Shown: piece by piece, positions 35,104-43,647 of the stretch
How the letters are laid out: each line of letters starts with the position of its first letter
Position numbering within the stretch: the stretch's first letter is position 1
Origin: a virus
DNA: 59,644 nucleotides
Virus record (IMG/VR): IMGVR_UViG_3300045988_078497
Coordinates: 1-59,644 of that record
Direction: 5' to 3' (one strand)
Position numbers and translations under genes: made by a program
Notes under the pieces: generated by a model
Told to the model about the DNA's origin: nothing
The model's database searches: none
The model's input: only the letters and a program-made list of their open reading frames with translations

Positions 35104-36534
35104 CTATTCCGCGATGGCGTTTTTATTATTCATCTGTTGCATCAACTCTTGTGCTTTCTTTTCTTGTGCAGCAACATCATCAATCGTCTGCCACAGGTTA
35201 TCCAGATACGGTTTTGAAAGTAAAAATGTTTTTTCTGCATCACCCCAGAGGCCTACTGTCTTGATTGCCACAAGCGGATGCACGCCACACTGTAACAACT
35301 GTAAAAGCGTCTGAGACTTCGTATACATGTTATCCTGTGGACTATGGTTAATCTGCACTGTAAAATCTCTAAGAGACAGGTTTAAGTCCTTTTCATATAT
35401 GCGGATTATATTCAGAACAACTTTTGCTAGTCGCTTCTCTGCCGTAACAATCAGTGGGTCTTTCAGTTTTGCCCTGGTCTTGGAAAAATCCCAACCGTTT
35501 CGCAACTCTACAGCACCTTGTGTATCTCCACCAGTGTTTCCTTGTTTTGACGGGATAGCAAGTATTGATAACGCATTGTCCCACAAATCATCCTTTGCAA
35601 CCTGTGACTGAGACTGATTCAATTCCTGTGTCATAATATCCACATCAGATTTATTATCCTTATTCATGGATTTTACAACCAACGCACAGTTCAGTTTCAT
35701 TTTTTCAAATTGTTCTTCGTCAACTTCGCAGTTTACAAACTTAAACCAGCTTTGGATAAATTGCTCAATTCCATCCATACGGTTCGACTGCATGTTGTTG
35801 ATTGAATCCAAAATATCAACCACAAGTTCAATATCCGATATTCGTTCGTGATTGTTCGGATATTCAACAATCGGAATACCACCAAAGCCATGCATTTTCC
35901 AATCAGATACGGCTCCGTTGATTATTTTGCACTCATGTGTACTGGAGTAGCACAACTTGTAATATTTTCCGTCAGCATCTTTCAACTCCTGTACTGCCAG
36001 TAACGGTTCTTCTGTACTCCTGTTGTAAATCACAAACGTATTCATCGGTGACGGTGCAACAATTCTAAACGGCACTTCTTCGCCCGGTGTTTTCTGCACC
36101 GCCTTGAATGATGTACCTGTTGCCGACTGCCATTCACCGGATTTTATGTCTTTTTCCTGTTTATTTGCATCTTCCATATAGTCATTCAAGGTGTCTACAG
36201 CCTCATTTACGGCTTCTTCATCTTTACGGCTAATGTACTGCACAGGTTCGCCATAGGATTGTCCTGTTTTGAACTGAACAATCTCATACGCATGGTTTTC
36301 AACGATTTTATTTGTAATGTCATCACGAACTTTTTTCACACGGTATCGTATCGGCTGATCGCCTTTATAGTAATCCCAAAGATATTTAATAATATGCTTA
36401 TTCCAGTTAAAAGTTCCGATACAATTACCAACAACCTTTACGACATTGTCCTGTGTAATGGTTTCAACATCCGTATATGCAATTTTTCGTCCGTATTTTC
36501 CTTTTACAATGTCTTGAAGATGCAGTGTGTTCAT
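35104..36534 (-). CDS. Portal protein (SPP1 gp6-like)
   Basis: 476 aa, position downstream of TerL, typical portal N-terminal pattern ...IIKYLWDYYKGDQPI. Confidence 0.85.
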   Translation of the reverse strand: MNTLHLQDIVKGKYGRKIAYTDVETITQDNVVKVVGNCIGTFNWNKHIIKYLWDYYKGDQPIRYRVKKVRDDITNKIVENHAYEIVQFKTGQSYGEPVQYISRKDEEAVNEAVDTLNDYMEDANKQEKDIKSGEWQSATGTSFKAVQKTPGEEVPFRIVAPSPMNTFVIYNRSTEEPLLAVQELKDADGKYYKLCYSSTHECKIINGAVSDWKMHGFGGIPIVEYPNNHERISDIELVVDILDSINNMQSNRMDGIEQFIQSWFKFVNCEVDEEQFEKMKLNCALVVKSMNKDNKSDVDIMTQELNQSQSQVAKDDLWDNALSILAIPSKQGNTGGDTQGAVELRNGWDFSKTRAKLKDPLIVTAEKRLAKVVLNIIRIYEKDLNLSLRDFTVQINHSPQDNMYTKSQTLLQLLQCGVHPLVAIKTVGLWGDAEKTFLLSKPYLDNLWQTIDDVAAQEKKAQELMQQMNNKNAIAE

Positions 36535-36544
36535 GTGTTACCTC

Positions 36545-36736
36545 TTAATATCTCATACCGCTGCTACATGTTCTGCCAGGCAACGGTTTTATCTCTGATT
36601 GCCATGTGACCGGATTGTAAATAATCTGTTTTCTACAGTTATCGCATCTGGAAATCACTTTCTGTTTGGATTTTCCATAATACTTGCCAACAACCGAACC
36701 ACATTTAGGGCATTTAATTATTCTTGGTTCTCTCAT
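36545..36736 (-). CDS. Zinc-ribbon protein, Mu Com-like (63 aa)
   Basis: MREPRIIKCPKCGSVVGKYYGKSKQKVISRCDNCRKQIIYNP: CxxC-N17-CxxC as in Com-type translational regulators. Confidence 0.5.
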   Translation of the reverse strand: MREPRIIKCPKCGSVVGKYYGKSKQKVISRCDNCRKQIIYNPVTWQSEIKPLPGRTCSSGMRY

Positions 36737-36864
36737 AATGTTTCTTTCTAACAAAAAAGCACCACCGGTTAAGGTGATGCTTCTTCGTATGGGGGGATTT
36801 TGTGAAAAAGAACTCATTGTCAATTTCTTCGATTGTAATTATATCAAATTATATATGTGACATT

Positions 36865-37302
36865 CTATGACATGTTTTCTTGTAAGTATAAATAACCGTA
36901 TTTTTTTTCGAACGCTTGTAATGCTTTTCCATGTAATCGCAATGTCTGTCTAAATGAATACTCCATATCAGATGCAATTTTCTCAAAAGTCTTTTTCTCG
37001 ATATATCTGGAAAACAAAATGTCATAAAGCACTTCATCCTCGATGCTGTCAATCTGTTTGATGATAATTTCTTTCTTGTCAACAAAATTATCTATCATTT
37101 CATCTATTTTCTTTTCCATTTCTTCAATTTTTGCGAATTTTGCACCATTTTTATCTAAATCCGGCGATGTTTGAACTTTTTCTCCGCTTTTTACAGCAGA
37201 TATACTACATGCCATGATTTTATATTGGTGTAACTCGACCAATTTATTGTCGATCATCCGATTCAATCTGCTTATCTGCCCTAAATATTCCTTTGTCGTC
37301 AT
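36865..37302 (-). CDS. Sigma-70 region-4-like transcriptional regulator (DUF1492/ArpU-RinA-like)
   Basis: C-terminus LYDILFSRYIEKKTFEKIASDMEYSFRQTLRLHGKALQAFE. Confidence 0.6.
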   Translation of the reverse strand: MTTKEYLGQISRLNRMIDNKLVELHQYKIMACSISAVKSGEKVQTSPDLDKNGAKFAKIEEMEKKIDEMIDNFVDKKEIIIKQIDSIEDEVLYDILFSRYIEKKTFEKIASDMEYSFRQTLRLHGKALQAFEKKYGYLYLQENMS

Positions 37303-37304
37303 TT

Positions 37305-39044
37305 TTAATACCCCCTACGCATAAATGGATTTATTGCTGCTTCGGCTTTTGCTACTTTATTTGCTCCTGTGATTCGAACGGCAAAGTTCGAGAAAGTATC
37401 TGGCACATCGTCGAGTTGCTTTTTGCCAGATACGGAATACTGTTTCAATAATGACATCATCACTCCATATGGTTCTTTTGGTGTATATAGTGACTTATCT
37501 TTGAAAATAACGTGCTGCATTATCCAGTTTGAGCATTGGAATATTCTGGCTTCCTTGTTTGTCTCTGTCGGAACGTCAGTAATATTGCATATCCAACCTT
37601 TTTTCTCAACACGCTTATTAACTTCCATAGCAACACGATCACCGCCTGAATTTCGCTCAAATTCGCATTCTTGTACTTTGTTATTCACAAGCATGTTTGC
37701 GGCATTTTCATACTGCATTTCGTAATCTGCCGTATTATCACACACACAATCAACGCAATAGTAATCCTCATCGTACTTCTGAAGAATCGGCATAACAAAA
37801 TAATCCGTTCCTTTTCCTTTTGTGTCGCATTGTCCTGTAATAATCTCCGGTTCTCCATGTGGCAAATTAAGATAGCGTCTGATTTTATCGTCTGGGAACA
37901 GCAATCCCTCACGTTCGATCGGTTGCTGCTTATACAAACATTTGTACGATATTTCATCCATCAAAAGCTGCTGATCTTCGAAAAATTCAACCGTAAATCC
38001 AGAAAATTCATAATCAAAGTTGCTTTTTCCTGTTTCTGGGTCTATATCCGGCACAGCAATCACTTTAACCCTTGGATTTCCCTCATACATCGTCTGTATT
38101 CGCCCGATAACGTCTTTTACGCTCCATCTGGTCGCAATATGGATTTCTTTACAGTTATGTCCGTCAGTATCTTGAATTTTTCTCTGTCTGGCATCTACGG
38201 CATATTTATCCCACAGCTTATCAAGTATTGTTGGGTTCATTGCTTCTTCAATACCGCCAATCATATCATCAACCAGAAGAAACTTTGAAGCACGAACTTT
38301 ACCGGCATTCTTGCTTCCGACAGATGTACATTGTACACTTGGAAACGGCTTGTATTTTCCAACATTAAACTGCTCTACCTTGGCATTTGTGCTTGTGACA
38401 CGCAATTCTGGGAAAATTTCATTCCATGTATATTCATCAGCATTTGTTACAATGTCATACATTCCATCGTAATACATTCTTGTAATGTCACCGCTATGAG
38501 AATAGAACAGGTTGAAATCTTTCGGATACCAACCGATAACAGCCGCATTAAAAAACTTTTCGATCGTAGTTTTCCCGGCTCCAGGCACTAAGCTGATGCA
38601 CAAAATGTCGTATTTGTCATATATCATGTCCTGTAAAGCGTCCACAAGACCGATTTTTAAGAATTGCTTACGTCTTGGCATGTAAAAACGTTCTTTTGGT
38701 TCACGTTTTCTCTCAAGATATCTAAAAAAGCTGTCAACTTTCTTATTTCTCGCTTCCAGAAGCAAAACAGAATAAAATTTATCAATGATTTCAAAATCTG
38801 TCTTATTCTCAAAAGCATATTTTTCCAATTCCCAGATGTCACCGTCTGACATATCAACACAAAACTGCTCTATGATCTGTTTACAACGTTCCGTTATCTG
38901 TAATCCGTATTCAATATCCTTTTCATTTTCAATAGCTACATATGCAGCTTCAATATACGCATTTATAGCATCTTCATCTATGCCATACTTCTTTATATAC
39001 TTTTCGTACTCATTTACGGTGGATATAAGGCTTGAACTAGCCAA
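37305..39044 (-). CDS. terL: Terminase large subunit
   Basis: 579 aa; Walker A-like SLVPGAGKTT; upstream of portal. Confidence 0.85.
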   Translation of the reverse strand: MASSSLISTVNEYEKYIKKYGIDEDAINAYIEAAYVAIENEKDIEYGLQITERCKQIIEQFCVDMSDGDIWELEKYAFENKTDFEIIDKFYSVLLLEARNKKVDSFFRYLERKREPKERFYMPRRKQFLKIGLVDALQDMIYDKYDILCISLVPGAGKTTIEKFFNAAVIGWYPKDFNLFYSHSGDITRMYYDGMYDIVTNADEYTWNEIFPELRVTSTNAKVEQFNVGKYKPFPSVQCTSVGSKNAGKVRASKFLLVDDMIGGIEEAMNPTILDKLWDKYAVDARQRKIQDTDGHNCKEIHIATRWSVKDVIGRIQTMYEGNPRVKVIAVPDIDPETGKSNFDYEFSGFTVEFFEDQQLLMDEISYKCLYKQQPIEREGLLFPDDKIRRYLNLPHGEPEIITGQCDTKGKGTDYFVMPILQKYDEDYYCVDCVCDNTADYEMQYENAANMLVNNKVQECEFERNSGGDRVAMEVNKRVEKKGWICNITDVPTETNKEARIFQCSNWIMQHVIFKDKSLYTPKEPYGVMMSLLKQYSVSGKKQLDDVPDTFSNFAVRITGANKVAKAEAAINPFMRRGY

Positions 39045-39148
39045 TAGAATACACCTCCACTTAAAAAGCAGAAGTATATAAATGACTTCTGCCTATAACT
39101 TTTCTAGGTTAGCGTCATAAACCACTTATATGACGGTATTTTTCAAAT

Positions 39149-39535
39149 TTATCCCTGGAAGCATGCATTTACACATTCTGGATGCGCTTTTCTGTATACT
39201 GATGCATAATCATCAATCACATAATCTGCTCTTACTGAATATCTCTTAATATCATACTTTTCAGCCACTCCGTTTTCAATCAAACAACCTTTCCAGTCGT
39301 AGCATTCTTGTATACCAATAAACACATCGGCTTCTGCAAGCATATCAATAGATTTTGCAAGGAACCAAACACCTCTATTACAGTTTTCCGTTGGTTCTTC
39401 ATCAATGTAGCTATCAATCAGTTCCAGCTCTTCTCCCTCGTAAATTTCTGCAATTTTCTTCATCTTCTGAATGCTTGCTTTGATTTCTTCCTCTGTTCTG
39501 CCTTTCATCGGCACACTTACAAATAATTTTTTCAT
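39149..39535 (-). CDS. Nucleoside 2-deoxyribosyltransferase-like/DUF4406-like protein
   Basis: LFVSVPMKGRTEEE...AEADVFIGIQECYDWKGCLIENGVAEKYDIK pattern. Confidence 0.45.
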   Translation of the reverse strand: MKKLFVSVPMKGRTEEEIKASIQKMKKIAEIYEGEELELIDSYIDEEPTENCNRGVWFLAKSIDMLAEADVFIGIQECYDWKGCLIENGVAEKYDIKRYSVRADYVIDDYASVYRKAHPECVNACFQG

Positions 39536-39551
39536 TTCTTTCTGTCTCCTT

Positions 39552-39899
39552 TTAAACCAGCCCTAGCATATATAAAATATCAAGCCCAGATATTCTCTCC
39601 GCACCTTGTCTTGTGTGCATAAGAATATCTTTAAGTTTTCCATTTTCTGCATCGCTGTATTTATTTCTATCATATGCTTCTGAAAAACAATAATATGTGC
39701 AATATCCATAGCCAACACCAGTCATGGTTCCATAAATACTTTTCCCGACAATATCGTAATATTTTGGTACTTTTAAAATATCGTGTTTTTCATCTAGGGC
39801 GCATTCCTTTTGTTCTGCTTCTAGCTTTGATTGAAAATATTTCAGAAAACTTCGTATATCCTGTTCCGATTTGGAAATATATAAAATAGTTTCTTTCAT
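39552..39899 (-). CDS. Hypothetical protein (115 aa)
   Basis: ORF track. Confidence 0.5.
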   Translation of the reverse strand: MKETILYISKSEQDIRSFLKYFQSKLEAEQKECALDEKHDILKVPKYYDIVGKSIYGTMTGVGYGYCTYYCFSEAYDRNKYSDAENGKLKDILMHTRQGAERISGLDILYMLGLV

Positions 39900-39901
39900 T
39901 T

Positions 39902-40081
39902 CTACACCTCTGACAAATCAACAACAATTAGTGTCGCACCATAACATTTCCATAAATCTTGTCTTTCTTCTTCGGCTGTTTTTCTATTAACATAAAGTGA
40001 ATGCGGTTTGTTGCTTCTGACATTAACAAGTGCGTATTTGTATGTTGGATAATATTTTTCCTTTGCTTCTGCAAGATTCAC
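39902..40081 (-). CDS. Small hypothetical protein (59 aa, GTG start)
   Basis: Fills the gap between neighbours; VNLAEAKEKYYPTYKYALVNVRSNKPHSLYVNRKTAEEERQDLWKCYGATLIVVDLSEV. Confidence 0.35.
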   Translation of the reverse strand: MNLAEAKEKYYPTYKYALVNVRSNKPHSLYVNRKTAEEERQDLWKCYGATLIVVDLSEV

Positions 40082-40083
40082 TG

Positions 40084-40269
40084 CTACACCAACTTTCTAC
40101 CGCACATAGGGCAATAATTGATTTTCATTGTGCCTGGGCAAAAACTATCCCCGGTGTCAATGCGCAACCAATGACCCTCATCATCTTCAAAAATGAAGTC
40201 GTTTCCAGTGCTTAATGCATTTATATATCCTGATTTAGCATCAATTATTTTCTTGCAAAAATCACACAT
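40084..40269 (-). CDS. Zinc-ribbon protein (61 aa)
   Basis: MCDFCKK...CPMCGRKLV. Confidence 0.5.
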   Translation of the reverse strand: MCDFCKKIIDAKSGYINALSTGNDFIFEDDEGHWLRIDTGDSFCPGTMKINYCPMCGRKLV

Positions 40270-40271
40270 GT

Positions 40272-40457
40272 CTACTCCTTGAATAGCCCATCTGGCAGTT
40301 CTTCGCCTTTTACAACCATGTTGAAATACTTATTGGCTGTCGGTAAGCTGATTCCTATTTCTTTAGCTGCCTTAGACATGCTCTTTGTACCTGTCAGAAC
40401 ATCATCCAGGCCTTTGTAGAATTTTTCTTTGTCAATTCTCTTTACTCCCTGTGCCAT
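40272..40457 (-). CDS. Small HTH-like protein (61 aa)
   Basis: SMSKAAKEIGISLPTANKYF helix-turn-helix-like. Confidence 0.5.
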   Translation of the reverse strand: MAQGVKRIDKEKFYKGLDDVLTGTKSMSKAAKEIGISLPTANKYFNMVVKGEELPDGLFKE

Positions 40458-40633
40458 ATTTTGTTTCTCCTCTTCTGGTCAATAATAATTTGCATACACG
40501 CAACCAATATTCCGGCAACAAACGCAACAGCAGAAATATATATGCTCAATTCTCCTGTTTTGCATGCACAAAATGCAGTATTGACAGTCCATACTGCTAT
40601 TAAAAGATACTTTACAATTATAAATTTCTTCAT
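40442..40633 (-). CDS. Small membrane protein (63 aa, 2 TM)
   Basis: ORF track; hydrophobic segments. Confidence 0.45.
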   Translation of the reverse strand: MKKFIIVKYLLIAVWTVNTAFCACKTGELSIYISAVAFVAGILVACMQIIIDQKRRNKIWHRE

Positions 40634-41033
40634 AATCTCCTCATTTCTGGATATGATTCACACAATCAAAGGTCTATTCATTCCAAATGCATTACAGCTT
40701 TTTGTGTGTCATTTCCTAGCTGATCGCCGTGCACATAGCCAACCAACCTTGTTTTTGTGCGTTTCTTTTAGATGATGCATCCACCTTTGCTGACTCTTTT
40801 ATGCCAACGTCAAACATACACGAAGCACTGAGACCATATATTGATTCGGTGTGGATTTGAACCACACATAGCAATCACTTTTGCAACAGGTAACACCCAT
40901 ACATGTTCCTTTGCCGTCTTTTTAATTCAGCAACTTGTTCCTAACCAAAGTGTGGATTGCCTTATGCTTAAGCGTTTACCCATTCCGCCACGAATCAACA
41001 CCCACGACATAACCGGTATTTTAGCGTAGGCAA

Positions 41034-41123
41034 TGGAAAAGGTTGGAATTGAACCAACAATGTTTACCACATGGGAACGGTTTTACAGACCGCCATAGCA
41101 CAACCAATAGCTACCTCTTTTCC
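41034..41123 (-). tRNA. tRNA-Tyr (anticodon GUA), type II with long variable arm
   Basis: Manual cloverleaf: acceptor GGAAAAG/CTTTTCC, AC stem GCGGT/ACCGT, loop CTGTAAA, variable stem ATGT/ACAT, T arm GTTGG-TTCAATT-CCAAC; no encoded CCA. Confidence 0.85.
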
Positions 41124-41520
41124 GTGTGCATTTCTGCAAGAGCAGCATTTTTTTAATTCAAGTGGGATTCTGCCACCAACACTCTATCCGGTCGCTATCC
41201 GGAATATTTGAATGTAAGGACTTGCACCTTATTAGAACCCATCTTCCAAGAATCGAACTTGTATTTCTTGTATATCGAAATGTCACCATACATCTGGAAT
41301 CGAACCAGACTAAGCACTTTGCCATTCAACACCTACGGTTGCCACCAACGTCTGACATTCATCTACCAGCATTACCACTTGCAAGGCTTTGAACATTGGT
41401 CAATCTGAATGGGTGGTGTAGCGTCTCCAACCCATATCGGAATTTCTTTTGTCGCTACATTTGATACAATTCCATTCGGACTTCGTATTTTTACCGCTTA
41501 CGGCTTCTACCGTAAGTTAG

Positions 41521-41610
41521 CGCAGATAATAGGACTTGAACCTATACACCGTTTTATCGGCTACTGGCTGTTTAGCAAACAGTTTCCTTTCCAGTTAGGA
41601 TTATATCTGC
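41521..41610 (-). tRNA. tRNA-Ser (anticodon GCU), type II
   Basis: Acceptor GCAGATA/TATCTGC, 3-bp D stem, loop TTGCTAA, long variable arm, T arm ATAGG-TTCAAGT-CCTAT, G discriminator. Confidence 0.85.
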
Positions 41611-41614
41611 AAAA

Positions 41615-41688
41615 TCGGAATGGTAGGATTCGAACCTACGACCAACTGTGTATAAGACAGGTGCGCTAACCAACTGCGCTACATTCCG
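41615..41688 (-). tRNA. tRNA-Ile (anticodon UAU as read; identity tentative)
   Basis: Acceptor CGGAATG/CATTCCG, D arm GCGC-AGTTGGTTA-GCGC, loop CTTATAC, T arm GTAGG-TTCGAAT-CCTAC. Confidence 0.75.
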
Positions 41689-41761
41689 ATACCGGGCAAA
41701 TTTATTTTCGCCCGGTACAACACATATCAACAGAAAGGATTGAACTCTATGAAAAGTCCAA

Positions 41762-41832
41762 TGGCTGCAACAGGACTTGAACCTGTTCCTCCAAATGTGC
41801 GCGCTGTGTGCTTTCCGTTACACCATGCAGCC
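41762..41832 (-). pseudogene. Degenerate tRNA-like element (good acceptor and T arm, no canonical anticodon stem; loop would read GCA)
   Basis: Acceptor GGCTGCA/TGCAGCC, T arm ACAGG-TTCAAGT-CCTGT, but the region CACAGCGCGCACATTTGG gives at most 3 pairs. Confidence 0.5.
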
Positions 41833-42011
41833 TTGTTTGCATACATTTCAGTGCGGTATGCAAGCGCACGATAAGAGGTGTAAAAATAGGGATGCCACTC
41901 ATGCCATCTGTCCGATGGCTAATCCCCACACAACATTTGACCGCTATGTAGGGCATATTTTCTATAACAAGGAGAAATGAATGTATGGGATTTTTGGATA
42001 TACATCCCAAA

Positions 42012-42082
42012 CTAGGGTAATCGGAATCGAACCGATGACCGCGGAGTCAAAATCCGTTGCGCTACCACTGCGCCATACCCCA
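42012..42082 (-). tRNA. tRNA-Gln (anticodon UUG)
   Basis: Acceptor TGGGGTA/TACCCTA with U1-A72 and G73 as in bacterial tRNA-Gln, D arm GCGC-AGTGGTA-GCGC, loop TTTTGAC, T arm ATCGG-TTCGATT-CCGAT. Confidence 0.85.
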
Positions 42083-42277
42083 CTAGCAAAACAATATGTA
42101 TGCTGCATTAAATGCAGAAATCACTGTCAAAGTTACCAACAAGAAAAATCCATTGTTTTTTTCGTTAGAATCACTTGCTGCTCCGGCACCAATTAGCATC
42201 AGCAGACAAATTACTATGTTTGCGATAATCAAAAAGCATCTAATCATAATCTCTGCCCTCCCAGTCTGGACATTCAT
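42083..42277 (-). CDS. Small membrane protein (64 aa or shorter)
   Basis: ORF track; hydrophobic; stop abuts tRNA-Gln 5' end. Confidence 0.4.
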   Translation of the reverse strand: MNVQTGRAEIMIRCFLIIANIVICLLMLIGAGAASDSNEKNNGFFLLVTLTVISAFNAAYILFC

Positions 42278-42395
42278 GGAGATAATCTATAAAGTCAGAG
42301 CAGTAATCACTATTATCGTTTACACAAATCCAATCATCTTCTTGATCTGTTCTTGCAAACCTGCAATTACCACAATATTTTTCACCATCTGCCAT
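42240..42395 (-). CDS. Small Cys-rich protein (51 aa)
   Basis: GGAGGAC RBS; MADGEKYCGNCRFARTDQEDDWICVNDNSDYCSDFIDYLHECPDWEGRDYD. Confidence 0.4.
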   Translation of the reverse strand: MADGEKYCGNCRFARTDQEDDWICVNDNSDYCSDFIDYLHECPDWEGRDYD

Positions 42396-42720
42396 TTTTA
42401 AAGTCCTCCATCTCTTTTACGCTCATGCCTACAATTCCCGCGGAACCGTCAGAATCTGTATGTTTGAAAAACTCACCGTTCTGCGGCCACATGTAGCGGA
42501 ACATCGCATAATTTGACAAATCCAGAAGATACTCTGTGTTCTTTGTCTCTTTGAACTTCTCAAGACATTTTTCAATGCATCCCAGAGCGTCTACGTTTCC
42601 GGTAGAGAAGTTTTTGCTCGCCTTACCGTATTTGTAATAGGACTGGCAAACAAGTGCTTTTCTTTTGTCATCAAACGTTTTTGAATAATCCGTCTTTAGT
42701 ATTTCATCAGTCACCGACAT
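42382..42720 (-). CDS. Hypothetical protein (112 aa)
   Basis: ORF track. Confidence 0.5.
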   Translation of the reverse strand: MSVTDEILKTDYSKTFDDKRKALVCQSYYKYGKASKNFSTGNVDALGCIEKCLEKFKETKNTEYLLDLSNYAMFRYMWPQNGEFFKHTDSDGSAGIVGMSVKEMEDFKNGRW

Positions 42721-42880
42721 TTTCTCTATCCTCCCGGTGTTTTATCTGGCACGATACCATTTGACGGATATTTGACCGTTCTACATTGATTCCATGCCCT
42801 TGTCTGCATAATTCACAGGTGAGTATCAATCCGCACTGTGAACATTCATCAGTTATTCTTCTTCCGGCTAATGTTACCAT
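42707..42880 (-). CDS. Small Cys-rich protein (57 aa)
   Basis: TGATG coupling to MazG stop; MVTLAGRRITDECSQCGLILTCELCRQGHGINVERSNIRQ... Confidence 0.35.
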   Translation of the reverse strand: MVTLAGRRITDECSQCGLILTCELCRQGHGINVERSNIRQMVSCQIKHREDRENVGD

Positions 42881-43221
42881 CAGATATCTCCCTTTTTGCG
42901 ATGCTGTGATTTCTCAGAATCAAATCCATCCGGGCAACGCTCCCACAGCTTTTTATTGTTCGTAATTGCAATTTCCTCAAGTGTGGTTCCTAAAGATTCA
43001 GCTATCAGTGCCAGATAGTACAGAACATCGCCACACTCTTTGATGTAATGCTCACGGTTAAATGGATGCCCCTGGAACAGCTGCTTTTTCATCAGATCTA
43101 CCATTTCGCCAGATTCACCTGCTGCACCTAAGATGCCGTTCAGTAACATGTTTTCGTTATTCGCCTTGCAGATATCACTAGCTGTTCTCATTACTCCTGT
43201 CTGAAATCCGTTAAATGTCAT
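42880..43221 (-). CDS. MazG-like nucleotide pyrophosphohydrolase
   Basis: LGAAGESGEMVDLMKKQLFQGHPFNREHYIKECGDVLYYLALIAESLGTTLEEI (EExxE/D four-helix MazG pattern). Confidence 0.75.
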   Translation of the reverse strand: MTFNGFQTGVMRTASDICKANNENMLLNGILGAAGESGEMVDLMKKQLFQGHPFNREHYIKECGDVLYYLALIAESLGTTLEEIAITNNKKLWERCPDGFDSEKSQHRKKGDI

Positions 43222-43231
43222 TTTTTACACC

Positions 43232-43351
43232 TCATTTCCTGATGCATATACCAACGGTTCTTGCAATCGCATCAATAATGACTATTACAAGAAACCATGT
43301 CGGTAAATTTAATGTCGCAAATAAGTAAATCATCAAAATGTCTAATAACAT
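43232..43351 (-). CDS. Small hydrophobic protein (39 aa)
   Basis: AGGAGATATAAC-ATG; MLLDILMIYLFATLNLPTWFLVIVIIDAIARTVGICIRK. Confidence 0.35.
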   Translation of the reverse strand: MLLDILMIYLFATLNLPTWFLVIVIIDAIARTVGICIRK

Positions 43352-43610
43352 GTTATATCTCCTATCTGAAAAAGGTCTTTTTGTTTTTGTCGGAATTTAC
43401 GGGACTTAGTAGGGCGGTTTTTCTCAGCTTCTCCAACCCCCTCCCCGGTCCTTTGCTCTTGATCTTGGCAACCAGACTATAATTGTGTGATATTCAAAAA
43501 CAATTCATACAATTATTTTTTATTCCGTTCAACTATTCGCAAAAGCTCAGTTATGCGAAGAGTTGAAAACGCTTGATAACTTGCAACCCCTTGTATTTAC
43601 TGGGTTTCTA

Positions 43611-43634
43611 AATTGTGTATGATTTCACACAATT
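43611..43634. repeat. Palindrome AATTGTGT-N8-ACACAATT just downstream of TerS
   Basis: Read directly; related copies at 43667-43691 (AATTGTG-N10-CACAATT, inside TerS 3' end) and half-sites at 43481-43514. Confidence 0.7.
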
Positions 43635-43647
43635 CAAAATGCTGTCG

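Noticed and set aside
41407-41477. Plus-strand tRNA (7-bp closing stem GAATGGG/TCCATTC, 71 nt)
   Set aside because: No T-loop or anticodon arm can be formed inside it. The stem is reported only as part of the unexplained structure.
41747-42010. 87-aa minus-strand ORF in the tRNA island
   Set aside because: It overlaps the tRNA-like element, has no RBS, and its translation has no protein-like features.
40634-42082. Stop-codon reassignment or a suppressor tRNA, considered because a Gln tRNA is present in a phage tRNA array
   Set aside because: The Gln anticodon reads UUG (a sense codon reader), none of the tRNAs has a CUA, UCA or UUA anticodon, and all large genes are intact under the standard code.
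43597-43609. 13-mer TTTACTGGGTTTC shared with 53523-53535 (near attP)
   Set aside because: A back-of-envelope estimate for a ~60-kb sequence gives tens of chance 13-mer coincidences. The flanks do not extend the match.
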